A program made the position numbers and the translations under genes. Below the pieces are notes generated by a model that had not been told where the DNA came from, made no database searches, and was given only the letters and a program-made list of their open reading frames with translations. A DNA stretch of 64,000 nt, taken from positions 2,244 to 66,243 of the forward strand of contig CAZWYP010000006.1 of assembly GCA_964638415.1 (NCBI GenBank), written 5' to 3'. Positions 30,079 through 39,790 of the stretch are shown piece after piece. How positions within the stretch are numbered: the first letter of the stretch is position 1; each line of letters begins with the position of its first letter. This DNA comes from an uncultured Gammaproteobacteria bacterium (GTDB lineage Bacteria > Patescibacteriota > Patescibacteriia > UBA1558 > GWA2-36-10).

Positions 30079-31137
30079 TTACCAAATAATTAATATTCTA
30101 ACAATCTGCCAATATGCATTAAAAACTATATTGGCTATCTTTAAAGCTGTATTCTCCAAAGGCTGGAAAAGAATCTTGCCAGTAAACCGGCGACAAATTT
30201 CCCGATCATTCACTTTCCTTTTAGTCTGGATATTCCGGCGCCGGGAAAAGAATATTTCCCACTGTTCATAGTCAATTAGCCATTGGTAAGCCTTAAGCTT
30301 CTCCCGCCAGTATTTATTCTTTACGGCAAATATCCACTGGCCGATTTCCATCACCAGCCAAGCGGGAAATAATAAGAGAATAGTTAATAGCTTGTAATTC
30401 TTTAAGGACACCCATAAGCGGTTTCTTTCAAACCAATAGACTTGCTTGAAAGTTCTATCAAATTCATATTTGTGGTAAATAATGCTTTGCGGTATTAAAT
30501 AATTATCATAACCCAATAAGCGCAGAGACCAGCCTAAATCCAAATCTTCCAGATACATAAACATGGTATCGTCAAACAAATAGCCTAATTCTGACAAAGC
30601 GGACATGGAGATAAAGACACCGGCACCGGAAGCATAGTTAATCTTACTGACTTCCTGCTTATTATCATCAACCTCTTCGCAATGCGTGGCATAGCCAAAA
30701 CCCAAGTAATGAATATCATTGCCTAAAGAGTTAATCAGCGGACTGTTGTCCGGAGACCAAATCCTAATCTTTGACTGCAATGATCCAAACTTATGCTCCT
30801 TGGCAAAGTTATACAGCGGCTGCAAAAATCCCGGTTCAATAACCGTATCCTGATTCAATAAATAAATAAAATCAGCACCGATGCTTTGGGCATACTCATA
30901 ACCCACATTATTAGCACCGACATAGCCTAAATTCTTCTTATTGACAATAACCTTAATCTCCGGATAATGCTGTTCTAAATAAGAAACAGAGTCATCGCTG
31001 GAATTATTATCCACTACCAAAATTTCCCAATCAAAATCTTCATACTTCTCCTTGGTTAAAGTTGGTAATAAATCATCCCAGTACTTGCGGCTGTTATAGC
31101 TTGGTATTATTACAATTACCTTATCTCTTTTTGGCAT
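30079..31137 (-). CDS. GT2 family glycosyltransferase
   Basis: VVDNNSSD, GYVGANN, LNQD, FMYLEDLDL; start probably ATG of MPKRDK (31137), track gives 31149. Confidence 0.88.
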   Translation of the reverse strand: MPKRDKVIVIIPSYNSRKYWDDLLPTLTKEKYEDFDWEILVVDNNSSDDSVSYLEQHYPEIKVIVNKKNLGYVGANNVGYEYAQSIGADFIYLLNQDTVIEPGFLQPLYNFAKEHKFGSLQSKIRIWSPDNSPLINSLGNDIHYLGFGYATHCEEVDDNKQEVSKINYASGAGVFISMSALSELGYLFDDTMFMYLEDLDLGWSLRLLGYDNYLIPQSIIYHKYEFDRTFKQVYWFERNRLWVSLKNYKLLTILLLFPAWLVMEIGQWIFAVKNKYWREKLKAYQWLIDYEQWEIFFSRRRNIQTKRKVNDREICRRFTGKILFQPLENTALKIANIVFNAYWQIVRILIIW

Positions 31138-31453
31138 GGTTAATAGCATCCTCGCGAGTTAATCTGGTCAGGTCTGTTTCTATCTTATTCAAGCGGATAA
31201 ATATTCTGAACAATAGATAGAAGACAATAATAATAGACAAATAGACTACTAAGTCGGCACCACGGCCAATGCCTAAGATATTTGCCAGATAACTAGTGCT
31301 ATTAGGCTGCCAGAAAACCAATAAGATCGCCAGCCACAGCAGCAGCCAGATTAAAAAATTAGCCGTAGATATTTTATCTGCTTGTTTTTGTTTAAATAGC
31401 TTGAAAACCATAACTAGCGTAAACAAGCTTACTATAATCTGCAACCAAATCAT
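31121..31453 (-). CDS. DUF2304-like small membrane protein
   Basis: Three TM segments, LANILGIGRGADL motif and C-terminal coiled coil, directly after a DPM1-like GT2 (typical pairing). Confidence 0.8.
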   Translation of the reverse strand: MIWLQIIVSLFTLVMVFKLFKQKQADKISTANFLIWLLLWLAILLVFWQPNSTSYLANILGIGRGADLVVYLSIIIVFYLLFRIFIRLNKIETDLTRLTREDAINHAKKR

Positions 31454-32133
31454 TTGCTTAATTTGTTAAATAATAAATCTTTAATAATCTGCAAGCCTCC
31501 CTGCCCCCGACCCTTGCCGGCTAAAAGCGATTGTCCGAAAGAAAAATATTTGACAGTCATCGGCACTTCTTTTATCCGCAGTTTCAATTTATGGGCTTTA
31601 GCGGCAATTTCACTGCAATGGGCTGCTCCATCGTGCTCAATAATAATCTTGGCTGCTGTTTCCTTAGTCATCGCCCGAAAACCGCTTTGCGGATCTGTAA
31701 GCTTTATACCTAAAAACAAGCGATTAATCAACCGGGCAATGGGAAAGATCAACTTATCCTTAAGCCAGGGCAATTCTGATTTCTTATCCAAAAAACGGGA
31801 GCCAAAAACAATATCATATTGCTGAGTTAATAATGGAGCAATAATCTCCGATATTTCTTTGACTAAAAATTGCCCATCAGCGTCAAAATGGACAATTATA
31901 TCGGCACCCATCTTCAGAGCATAATCATTGCCGGTTTGCAAAGCTGCTCCCTGGCCGCGATTAAGACGGTGGGATAATAAAACCACCGGAAACTGCTCTA
32001 CTATTTTAGCCGTCTGGTCAGAAGAGGCGTCGTTTATTACTACCACTTCATAAGGCAAATTTTTCAGCTCCGCCAATACTGAACCAATGCTTTGTTCTTC
32101 ATTGAAAGCCGGAATAACGACAAATACTCTCAT
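31450..32133 (-). CDS. Polyprenol-phosphate glycosyltransferase (DPM1-like GT2)
   Basis: IPAFNEE, NDASSD, NRGQGAAL, FDADGQ, GSRF, TDPQSGFRA. Confidence 0.9.
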   Translation of the reverse strand: MRVFVVIPAFNEEQSIGSVLAELKNLPYEVVVINDASSDQTAKIVEQFPVVLLSHRLNRGQGAALQTGNDYALKMGADIIVHFDADGQFLVKEISEIIAPLLTQQYDIVFGSRFLDKKSELPWLKDKLIFPIARLINRLFLGIKLTDPQSGFRAMTKETAAKIIIEHDGAAHCSEIAAKAHKLKLRIKEVPMTVKYFSFGQSLLAGKGRGQGGLQIIKDLLFNKLSK

Positions 32134-32150
32134 AACCTTATTAAATTTAA

Positions 32151-33197
32151 TTATTCATCTACTTCACCGCTGTCTTGACTTAAATACGGGCGATACAAAC
32201 GACCGCGAGACTGGAAATCATCAACGGTTTCCCTCAAGCCTTCATCGATAGAGACCAAGGGAAGCCAATTAAGCTCAGTTTTGGCTTTGGCAATATCCGG
32301 TAAAGCAGGTTTGGTAGCATAAGCAAAATTCTCCTGATTGGCAATAACTGCCTTAGAATTAGTCAGGGAGATAATCTTGCTAGCAATTTCATTCAATGTG
32401 TAAGTATTTTCATCACCAAAGTTCACTGGATCTTTAATATCTGAGGCCATCAAGGAAATCAGGCCTTCTACTAAATCTTTAACATAACAAAAACTGTAAG
32501 TTAAATTCTCTGCTCCGGCGATTACTACTTCTTTGCCGTCTAATGCTTCCTGAATATAATCCGGAATATGCCGGCCGCTATGCTGCAGCATTCTCGGTCC
32601 GTAGGTGGAAAAAATTCTGGCAATGCGCGTGTCTAATTTATAAAAATCACGATAAGTAGCCGTTAAAGTTTCAGCAAATCTTTTGCCTTCATTATAACAA
32701 GCTCGAGGTCCTAAATAATTAATCAAACCATAATAATCTTCCTTGACTCGAGAGTTGTCTTCCGGCGGTTCACCATAAACCGATGAGGTAGAAGCTAATA
32801 AATAACGGGCTTTGTATTTTTTAGCAATTTCCAAGCTGTTAATTACTCCCAAGGAATTAGCGTGAGCAGTTTCAATGGGCAACTTGGTATAATCCTTAGC
32901 GGAAGTTGGGCAAGCTAGATTATAAACTTCCTGAAATCCCTGCAAGTCCACCTTAAATTTCTGCAATTCCGGAAATTCATCAAAATTCAACTCCCGATTA
33001 ATATCGTGGCGGACAAATTCAAAATTGGGATATTCCAAAAGCATTTTAATGTTCTCCACGTCGGAAGAGATAAAATTATCTACGCAAATTACATTATCTC
33101 CAGATTTCAATAGCGACTCGCATAAATGCGAACCGATAAATCCAGCGCCACCCAAGACTAGAATGTTCTTTTTAGTGATAGGAATTCTTGTCGTCAT
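32151..33197 (-). CDS. UDP-glucuronate decarboxylase (UXS)-like extended SDR
   Basis: GGAGFIGSHLC, VICVDNF, LACP.S, GPRACYNEGKR (YxxxK), RIFSTYGPRM, SFCYV.DLV.G. Confidence 0.85.
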   Translation of the reverse strand: MTTRIPITKKNILVLGGAGFIGSHLCESLLKSGDNVICVDNFISSDVENIKMLLEYPNFEFVRHDINRELNFDEFPELQKFKVDLQGFQEVYNLACPTSAKDYTKLPIETAHANSLGVINSLEIAKKYKARYLLASTSSVYGEPPEDNSRVKEDYYGLINYLGPRACYNEGKRFAETLTATYRDFYKLDTRIARIFSTYGPRMLQHSGRHIPDYIQEALDGKEVVIAGAENLTYSFCYVKDLVEGLISLMASDIKDPVNFGDENTYTLNEIASKIISLTNSKAVIANQENFAYATKPALPDIAKAKTELNWLPLVSIDEGLRETVDDFQSRGRLYRPYLSQDSGEVDE

Positions 33198-33202
33198 ATT
33201 TT

Positions 33203-33910
33203 TTATTTAATTTTTTTAAAAGTATAATACCAACGAATTTTAATAAGTTCAGCTAAAGTCAAAAAATAACCCTTTATTCCTACCTTGGAATCCAGATTAT
33301 TCTCCCAGACAATCGGCACTTCTTTTACTGCTAATTTATGCTGCCTAGCTAGCCACATCAGCTCAAAGTCAAATCCCCAACCGTTAGTAATCATCTGTGA
33401 AAATAAAATTTTACAATCCGCGCGAAAAAGCTTGAAGCCGCATTGAGTGTCTTTGATATCCAAAGACAATAAATACCTAACTAGCCAATTACCAGATTTT
33501 CCTAACATTACCTTCAGCTTATTCTGCTCTTTTAAAATAACTGAATCTGCTAAAGCTCTGGAGCCAATAACTATTGGGTATTGCGAGCAATACGGCAACA
33601 ATTTACTTAATTCGCTAATGTCGGTGGAATTATCCGCATCCATGAATAAAATTAAATCGCCGGTCGCCGCCAAAACCCCCTTCTTAACAGTATAGCCTTT
33701 ACCATGATTGCCTAAATTGCGCAAAAGCTTAATTCCGGAAATTTTCTCTAAAATGTGCCTGGTGTTGTCTGTAGAACCGTCATCTACCACAATTATCTCT
33801 GAATGACTAAAATTCTCAAGCAGCCAAGTCTTAACTTTAGCCAAAGTTTCACCGATTATTGCTGCTTCATTGAAAGCCGGAATAACCACACTGATTTTCT
33901 TCTGTTCCAT
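33203..33910 (-). CDS. Dolichyl-phosphate beta-glucosyltransferase-like GT2
   Basis: IPAFNE, VVDDGSTD, N.GKG..V..G, FMDADNST, GSRA, DTQCGFKLF, GFDFEL, EVPI.W. Confidence 0.9.
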   Translation of the reverse strand: MEQKKISVVIPAFNEAAIIGETLAKVKTWLLENFSHSEIIVVDDGSTDNTRHILEKISGIKLLRNLGNHGKGYTVKKGVLAATGDLILFMDADNSTDISELSKLLPYCSQYPIVIGSRALADSVILKEQNKLKVMLGKSGNWLVRYLLSLDIKDTQCGFKLFRADCKILFSQMITNGWGFDFELMWLARQHKLAVKEVPIVWENNLDSKVGIKGYFLTLAELIKIRWYYTFKKIK

Positions 33911-34338
33911 TAATTTACCTTAAACGTCCAAAGTTTCTGCAACCAAAAATTCCAATTCATTACAATAATAATCGTTAATACTTTAGCTAAAATATCATAC
34001 CAATGCAAATGGTCAACAAAAATGTACAAAAAGAATAAAGTCCATAACAAACCGCCGCTGGCTACCAAGATGAATTTAAAATACTGACCGGAAAAACTTT
34101 GATGATTAACTTTAAAAGTCCAGTATTTATTCAGTAAAAAACTGCAGCTAGCTGCCAAGAAAAAGGCCATAATCGCAGCAGATAAGTAATGCCAATAAAC
34201 TATTCTAGTAAAGAAAACATAAACTGCCAAATCAACCAAAGTATTAAAACCGCCAATTAAAGAAAATTTGATAAACTGCTTAACTGAAGGACGGTCATTT
34301 AACCAACGGATAATTTGCAAATCATTATCTATCCACAT
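33910..34338 (-). CDS. GtrA family lipid-linked sugar translocase
   Basis: QFIKFSLIG..NT.VD, FLLNKYWTF, AK, WNF...K.WTF; four TM segments. Confidence 0.9.
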   Translation of the reverse strand: MWIDNDLQIIRWLNDRPSVKQFIKFSLIGGFNTLVDLAVYVFFTRIVYWHYLSAAIMAFFLAASCSFLLNKYWTFKVNHQSFSGQYFKFILVASGGLLWTLFFLYIFVDHLHWYDILAKVLTIIIVMNWNFWLQKLWTFKVN

Positions 34339-34339
34339 A

Positions 34340-36364
34340 TTAAGAAGCTACTTCCAATTGATAACCATTCTTATCATTACTGTCGCGCAGATAAAAACTA
34401 TTTTTTTCTACGCCGTCATAATTGTAAATTCGCAATAAAGCAGCTGATCCTTTATGCGGCAAAGTTAAAATCTCAGGAATGCCATCGCCAGATAAATCAC
34501 GCACCACCAATTCCACTCCTCCTTTATAATTAGCATTAAAGGCTAACCAATCATGTTTAAGCTTACCCTTATAGCTAAATAAGCGAATCTGAGTGGCTAA
34601 ATTACGACTGGGAGCGGTAACAATTTCCTGCCAACCGTCATTATTCACATCACCTACGCTTACCTCTACTCCCTGGTCAAAATTGTCATAAGCAACAAAC
34701 TGGCTGTATAAACGGTTGCGCCAGTCAAAAACCTTCACTTCACTTATTCGACCGGCTGCTGGCGCAGTAATGATCTCGTCTTTACCATCATTATTCACAT
34801 CGCCAAGAGCTAAATTTACTCCGCCATAATAATTTCCCTCATAAACGAAAAATTGGTTTTTTACCTGACCCTGCCAATTAAAAATCTTCAAATGCGGGCC
34901 ACCCTTACTTTCTGGGGCAGTAATAATTTCGTTTTGGCCATCGCCATCAATATCCCCGATGGCAATATTGACTCCGCCGGAAAACTTAGCATCATAAGCA
35001 AACCACTCGGATAATAATTCTCCAGCTAAGCTAAAAACTTTAAGATGCGGTCCGCCGCCGGCTTTGGGAGCAGTGATAATTTCCATTAAATCATCATTAT
35101 TCACATCACCGATAGCAATATTGACTCCACCTTTAAACTTTTCTGCATAAGCCAGAAAATTATCTAATTCATTTCCTTCCTGATCTAAAACAATAATTTG
35201 GGGAATTTGACCGCTGTCTGGAGCTATTACCAAATACTTTAATTCATCTTCCAATTGCGCGGCTAAATTAAGAGCCGCACCAATATCAATTAAGCCGGAG
35301 CCTAGAGCTGCATAGTTATCTGGATTAGCCGTTTTTAAGCTTTGAGAGCTCTGAGATAGAATATTATAAATATTATAAGGGCGCAGGTTGGGATAATGCA
35401 TTTTCAACAAACTGGCGGTGCCGGAAATTATCGGCGCAGCCACTGATGTTCCTGACCAGCCAGTTCCGTAATACGCTGTTAGTTTACTATCTCCAGTTTT
35501 TTGAAATAAAGTAGAATAAAAGTTAGCGCCGGGAGCGGAAAGATCAATACAGTTGCTGCCATGATTGGCAAAGGTAGCTAATTTTTTCTGATTATCAACC
35601 GCCGATACTCCCAACACCCGGTTAATCTCATCCAATTCACATACCGGGTAACGCGGAGTAACATTAAGATTCAATCCTTTGTTCTCTTCATTGCCGGAAG
35701 CTGCCACCACTACCACTCCCGCCTCATAAGCTTCCTTAATCGCTTGCTTAATAGTATTATCGTAAGACTTACCAACTAAGCTTAGATTAATAATATCCGC
35801 TCCATTCTCTACGGCATAATCAATAGCTTGGGACAAAACTAAAGTATTGCCCTGACCAAATTCATCCAAAATACGCAAAGGCATTATTTTAGCGTGGGGA
35901 GCAATGCCGACAATCCCGCTGTCATTAGCCGTTCCGGCCAAAATTCCCGCCACTACTGTACCATGATTAATTGACACTATATCGTATTCCCCAGAAACAT
36001 CTGGCTCTGGAACATTGTCGCTGTCAACAAAATCCCAGCCTACCACATCGTCAATATAGCTATTGCGATCATCATCAATGCCATTATCCGCTATTTCTCC
36101 GGCATTTAACCAAATATTATTAACTAAATCCGGATGATCCAAATCAACTCCGGAATCTAAGATAGCCACTACTACTTCTTTATTCACTTGCAAATCATTA
36201 GACCAGCTGGGCTTAATATTAATCAAATCAAAATACGTCTGGTAAACCAAGTTGGGATCCTGCGGAGTATAATCCTGTTTAAACCTGCTAACCGCAGAAA
36301 CTGTAGGCAATAAAAGCAATAAGCCAAGGGTTAAATTTAAAGAATATAATAACTTTTTTAACAC
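34340..36364 (-). CDS. Secreted S8 (subtilisin-like) serine protease with C-terminal FG-GAP/VCBS-like repeats
   Basis: Triad VAILDSG / HGTVVAG / GTSVAAP, oxyanion AASGN; signal peptide after probable GTG start at 36364 (a TATAAT at 36409-36404 argues against the track start). Confidence 0.9.
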   Translation of the reverse strand: MLKKLLYSLNLTLGLLLLLPTVSAVSRFKQDYTPQDPNLVYQTYFDLINIKPSWSNDLQVNKEVVVAILDSGVDLDHPDLVNNIWLNAGEIADNGIDDDRNSYIDDVVGWDFVDSDNVPEPDVSGEYDIVSINHGTVVAGILAGTANDSGIVGIAPHAKIMPLRILDEFGQGNTLVLSQAIDYAVENGADIINLSLVGKSYDNTIKQAIKEAYEAGVVVVAASGNEENKGLNLNVTPRYPVCELDEINRVLGVSAVDNQKKLATFANHGSNCIDLSAPGANFYSTLFQKTGDSKLTAYYGTGWSGTSVAAPIISGTASLLKMHYPNLRPYNIYNILSQSSQSLKTANPDNYAALGSGLIDIGAALNLAAQLEDELKYLVIAPDSGQIPQIIVLDQEGNELDNFLAYAEKFKGGVNIAIGDVNNDDLMEIITAPKAGGGPHLKVFSLAGELLSEWFAYDAKFSGGVNIAIGDIDGDGQNEIITAPESKGGPHLKIFNWQGQVKNQFFVYEGNYYGGVNLALGDVNNDGKDEIITAPAAGRISEVKVFDWRNRLYSQFVAYDNFDQGVEVSVGDVNNDGWQEIVTAPSRNLATQIRLFSYKGKLKHDWLAFNANYKGGVELVVRDLSGDGIPEILTLPHKGSAALLRIYNYDGVEKNSFYLRDSNDKNGYQLEVAS
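34400..35170 (-). repeat. Five ~51-aa protein repeats in the S8 C-terminus
   Basis: Repeated (F/W)xAY...GGVN(I/L)A(I/L)GDVNNDGxxEIITAP...HLKVF; CATTATTCACATC recurs three times at DNA level. Boundaries approximate. Confidence 0.85.
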
Positions 36365-36530
36365 GCCGTGGTTAATTAAATAATTAGGCCATAATTTGTC
36401 TAAATTATAACAAAAAACCCTGTTAATCACAAGTAAAATTTATAATCACTATAAATACATGATATACTAAAAAAGATGTCTTCAAGGCTCATTAAAGTCT
36501 TGGCTAATAATTAACAAAAAAATATGAATA

Positions 36531-36560
36531 AAAAAACACCCTGTTTTCAGGGTGTTTTTT
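36531..36560 (-). terminator. Intrinsic terminator
   Basis: AAAAAACACCCTG-tttt-CAGGGTGTTTTTT at the stop of the glycoside hydrolase gene. Confidence 0.85.
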
Positions 36561-37548
36561 ATTTGACAAATAATTGCTTGGCAAAATCCCAATACTGACT
36601 ATCCCCGTTCTGCTTTTGCCAATACCACCACTCTATTCCCCATAAATAAGTAGCAGGAAAATTAATATTCTGTGCTAGCTGGACATTGGCTCTAAATTGC
36701 TGCAAATCAAAAGATTTTTGGTACTCTTCCTTAGATAAATCCTGCAAACGGCCAGTGGGAGACCAAGGTTCAGCTTGTAATTCACTAATCACTACTTGAT
36801 CTGCCTTATCTACTCTAGCTGCTTTCCATTGGTAAAACCAGCTGGGTAAAAACCAGCGCCAATAACCGAAATTCTTATTCCACGCCACCCGATACAATGA
36901 TGATCCCAATTGGTCAGCTAATTTCCCTTCTTTGCCCCACATGCTTAATTCTCCAGAAACAGTAAGTAAAATCGGGCGATCGTCCAAACTTTTAACTAGG
37001 GAGATTTCTTTCTTTAAAAAATCCTCATCAGCAGCTGGGCAAACACCAAACCAATCTACTAGCGGCTCATTCTCTACCTGCCAGGCAATAATTTCCTTTC
37101 GATCTCGGTAGCGTTCTACCACCATTTTCAGCATCGCCAAGGTTCTTTGCTGCTTAACTTCCAATTCAGAATTTTCTAACCAAGCCGGCGTATGGCATTC
37201 CGGCCAGCGCGGCAAGCGCCAGCCAATTGCTGCCAAAAACTGAACATCGCGCTTAGCGCCTTCATTTAAAATTTCATCGAATTTGCCAAAATCATAAACA
37301 CCTTCTGTGGCTTCGATCTCATCCCAGTAAATCGGCAAACGCACCTTTTTAATCTGCAGGTCGTCAAAAGCTGCTTGGTAAACTTCCTGCCAGGATAATT
37401 CTAAACGATCCGTCTGCTTGGTGGAGAAAGTCACTCCCCAGAACTGATTATCTGTCCTTAATTCTTTTATCCGGGGATAATGCTTGTCAAAACGGAGATA
37501 CCAAACAGCAAAAACGATAATTAAAATTAGAATAATAATTTTCCACAT
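36559..37548 (-). CDS. Membrane-anchored clan GH-A glycoside hydrolase (GH5/GH42-like TIM barrel)
   Basis: VRLPIYW..IE...G.YDF, AWQVENEP (acid/base), VISELQAEPW (nucleophile), YLWG; N-terminal TM. Confidence 0.8.
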   Translation of the reverse strand: MWKIIILILIIVFAVWYLRFDKHYPRIKELRTDNQFWGVTFSTKQTDRLELSWQEVYQAAFDDLQIKKVRLPIYWDEIEATEGVYDFGKFDEILNEGAKRDVQFLAAIGWRLPRWPECHTPAWLENSELEVKQQRTLAMLKMVVERYRDRKEIIAWQVENEPLVDWFGVCPAADEDFLKKEISLVKSLDDRPILLTVSGELSMWGKEGKLADQLGSSLYRVAWNKNFGYWRWFLPSWFYQWKAARVDKADQVVISELQAEPWSPTGRLQDLSKEEYQKSFDLQQFRANVQLAQNINFPATYLWGIEWWYWQKQNGDSQYWDFAKQLFVK

Positions 37549-37551
37549 AAT

Positions 37552-38484
37552 TTAAATGGCAATAAAATACAAACCTAGACTAATTAAAATAATAGCAATC
37601 GCCTTCTGGATAATTACCGCTTTACTAATATTCTCTTTGACTATTTGCGGGAAAAACAAAGACAATAATGCGCCAAAGATCAGGAGAAAAGCATATTCCA
37701 CTCCCTGCAAAGCGCTCACTAAAGCCACTGAGGCTAAAGATACTGCATAATTCTGGAGCAAGAAACCGACAGCAGCAATTAATTGGTTAATTAAAAAAAT
37801 AATCCTCCCTTTTTGTTTTAAATTAAACAAACTTTTAAAAATCTTCTTCCGGTAATCATTCCTAATTAGCAAAAACAAGACGGCAATAAAACTGCCTAAA
37901 CGCATCCAGATAAAACCGCTAAAGAAGGGCTGATGGGTATAAAGATATTTAGTGCCGACAAAAAATAAGCCAAAAAACAAACCAGCACCCAAAGCAAACC
38001 AAATAGCCAAAACTTGGTTTTCCGCTTCCGGACGAAACCAAGCTTTAATCTTATCCCATAATTCATGAGAGTCAGGAAACCAAGAAATAATAATAGTACC
38101 TAAAAGCAATAAAATAATAGCTAGCCATTGGTAGAAAGTAAAAGACTCCTTCAGTAAAAAAATGGACAGAATTAAGATAAAAATAGGTATAGAGCCTCCC
38201 ATAATGGGAATGATCCGCGAAGCTTCGCCTAATTTTAAGGCTTTGTACATTAAAAGCAAAGCAATAGGAAACAAAGCGCCAACTAATAAATTAAGGCTAA
38301 AAACCGTCCAGCCGCTCCAGATTAGCCACCAGGGCGCCAATAGCCAGACTAATAAACCCAATATTCCTACGAGAAAAGTATAAGCATGGTGATTAGGTAA
38401 GAATTTCTGCAGTAAAAACTTATCAGTCAAATTGACTAGAGCGAGAATAAAATAAGCAATAATAGCAATTAATAACCAAGACAT
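37552..38484 (-). CDS. EamA/DMT family transporter
   Basis: About 10 TM segments in two repeats; DKFLL, KALKLGEASRIIP, FLLKE. Confidence 0.82.
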   Translation of the reverse strand: MSWLLIAIIAYFILALVNLTDKFLLQKFLPNHHAYTFLVGILGLLVWLLAPWWLIWSGWTVFSLNLLVGALFPIALLLMYKALKLGEASRIIPIMGGSIPIFILILSIFLLKESFTFYQWLAIILLLLGTIIISWFPDSHELWDKIKAWFRPEAENQVLAIWFALGAGLFFGLFFVGTKYLYTHQPFFSGFIWMRLGSFIAVLFLLIRNDYRKKIFKSLFNLKQKGRIIFLINQLIAAVGFLLQNYAVSLASVALVSALQGVEYAFLLIFGALLSLFFPQIVKENISKAVIIQKAIAIILISLGLYFIAI

Positions 38485-38500
38485 ATAAATATTATATTAT

Positions 38501-39616
38501 TTAATCTTGAATGCAGCGAACAGAGCCTGCATAAAAATCTCCAGAAATAGCACCTCGATAACGACCTACCGTAGCTAAAGCACTGCTAAAAGTCCGATAC
38601 CAAGCACTACTTAAGCCATATTTAGTAGAAGACCAAATCCAGCCTGTACCGTCTTGATACAAAAACATATATTCATAATTATCCCAAATTCCGCCTAAAA
38701 CATCATTAAATCCAGAGGAACCTCCTGCTTTTAATTTAGTGCCTTCATTGGTTCCTCGCCAACCAGTAGTAGTCGTGTCAATCGGAAAATCAGTAGTACA
38801 GCTGCCAGAAGTACAGACTGCTCTTTCTAAAGTAGTAAATTCATCATGAGTTGGAATATGCCAACCGGTTGGACAAATACCTTGAGCGCCATTAACTTCC
38901 GAGCCACACATCGCTTGTGGCCAGATGTAAATACCACCATCTGCTGTACAATTAGCTTCCGAATCATTATAGCAATACTTTTTAATAGCCGCTGCCGAAA
39001 CGCAACTGTAACCACCAGTACCCCCAGCTACCCTGGTGCCGACATTAAGATTCTGTGCAAACCAGCACTGCGTGCCAATCTGCACAGTTGCATAATTAAC
39101 CCCCTCGTAACTAACCGTATCACCACAAGCAAATCCACCACCACCTTCTTCTCCGGCACTAGCTGTATATTCATAACAATGTTCAACTACAAAACCGGCA
39201 TCGCTTACTCTGGTAATATAATAACCCGTATCATCACCCGTAGCATCAGGATCAATTGGCAATTCACCAATGTACGGCTCCATTAAAGAAGCTAGATCAA
39301 CTCTGGCAATATCCTGACCCAAAGTGGTGCAGGTAGCATTACCGGCAGTGGAACCCCCAGCAGAAACCAGCATATAAGGAGTATTAAGAGTTAAAGCGGC
39401 AATAGCTGCTGGCACTGTGCCATTATTATCTGCTACTAAGGTAGTTAAGCATTTTTCTAACTCATCACAATTCTTATCTCGTAAGGAGTTTTGTGCTTCG
39501 CCAAAACGTCGAGCTGGATCAACTGCAACAAAAACTACCGCCGCCAATACCCCAATAACGGCAATTACTAAAATGATTTCTATTAAAGTAAACCCTTTCT
39601 CTTTACTTAAAAACAT
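38501..39616 (-). CDS. Type IV pilin-like protein fused to a FISUMP (Fib_succ_major) domain
   Basis: Class III signal KEKG/FTLIEIILVIAVIGVL; C-terminal Y.TVQIGTQCWFAQNL, GGIY.W..AM, GICPTGWHIPT..EF..L, WSST, AW.R, SVRCIQD. Confidence 0.88.
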   Translation of the reverse strand: MFLSKEKGFTLIEIILVIAVIGVLAAVVFVAVDPARRFGEAQNSLRDKNCDELEKCLTTLVADNNGTVPAAIAALTLNTPYMLVSAGGSTAGNATCTTLGQDIARVDLASLMEPYIGELPIDPDATGDDTGYYITRVSDAGFVVEHCYEYTASAGEEGGGGFACGDTVSYEGVNYATVQIGTQCWFAQNLNVGTRVAGGTGGYSCVSAAAIKKYCYNDSEANCTADGGIYIWPQAMCGSEVNGAQGICPTGWHIPTHDEFTTLERAVCTSGSCTTDFPIDTTTTGWRGTNEGTKLKAGGSSGFNDVLGGIWDNYEYMFLYQDGTGWIWSSTKYGLSSAWYRTFSSALATVGRYRGAISGDFYAGSVRCIQD

Positions 39617-39718
39617 GTAAAATTGTTGCTTATCAACATTTTTAAGTTAACTTTAGCATTATTTGTAAGTAATTATAACATTTTTAATCAAAAAATCCAA
39701 AAATAATATTAAGAGGAA

Positions 39719-39785
39719 TTGACAAAAAATATAATCCAGAGTATGCTATTGCTTAATTTGTTCATTACACCAATTTAATCGGAGG
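39719..39785 (+). promoter_or_regulatory. Promoter and RBS of the InsA-like gene
   Basis: TTGACA (39719-39724), 17 nt spacer, TATGCT (39742-39747); GGAGG at 39781-39785, 5 nt before ATG. Confidence 0.7.
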
Positions 39786-39790
39786 AATCC

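Noticed and set aside
34400-35170. Recurring DNA motifs at about 150-nt spacing as a CRISPR array
   Set aside because: Short, degenerate and in frame within a protein repeat region; no cas genes.
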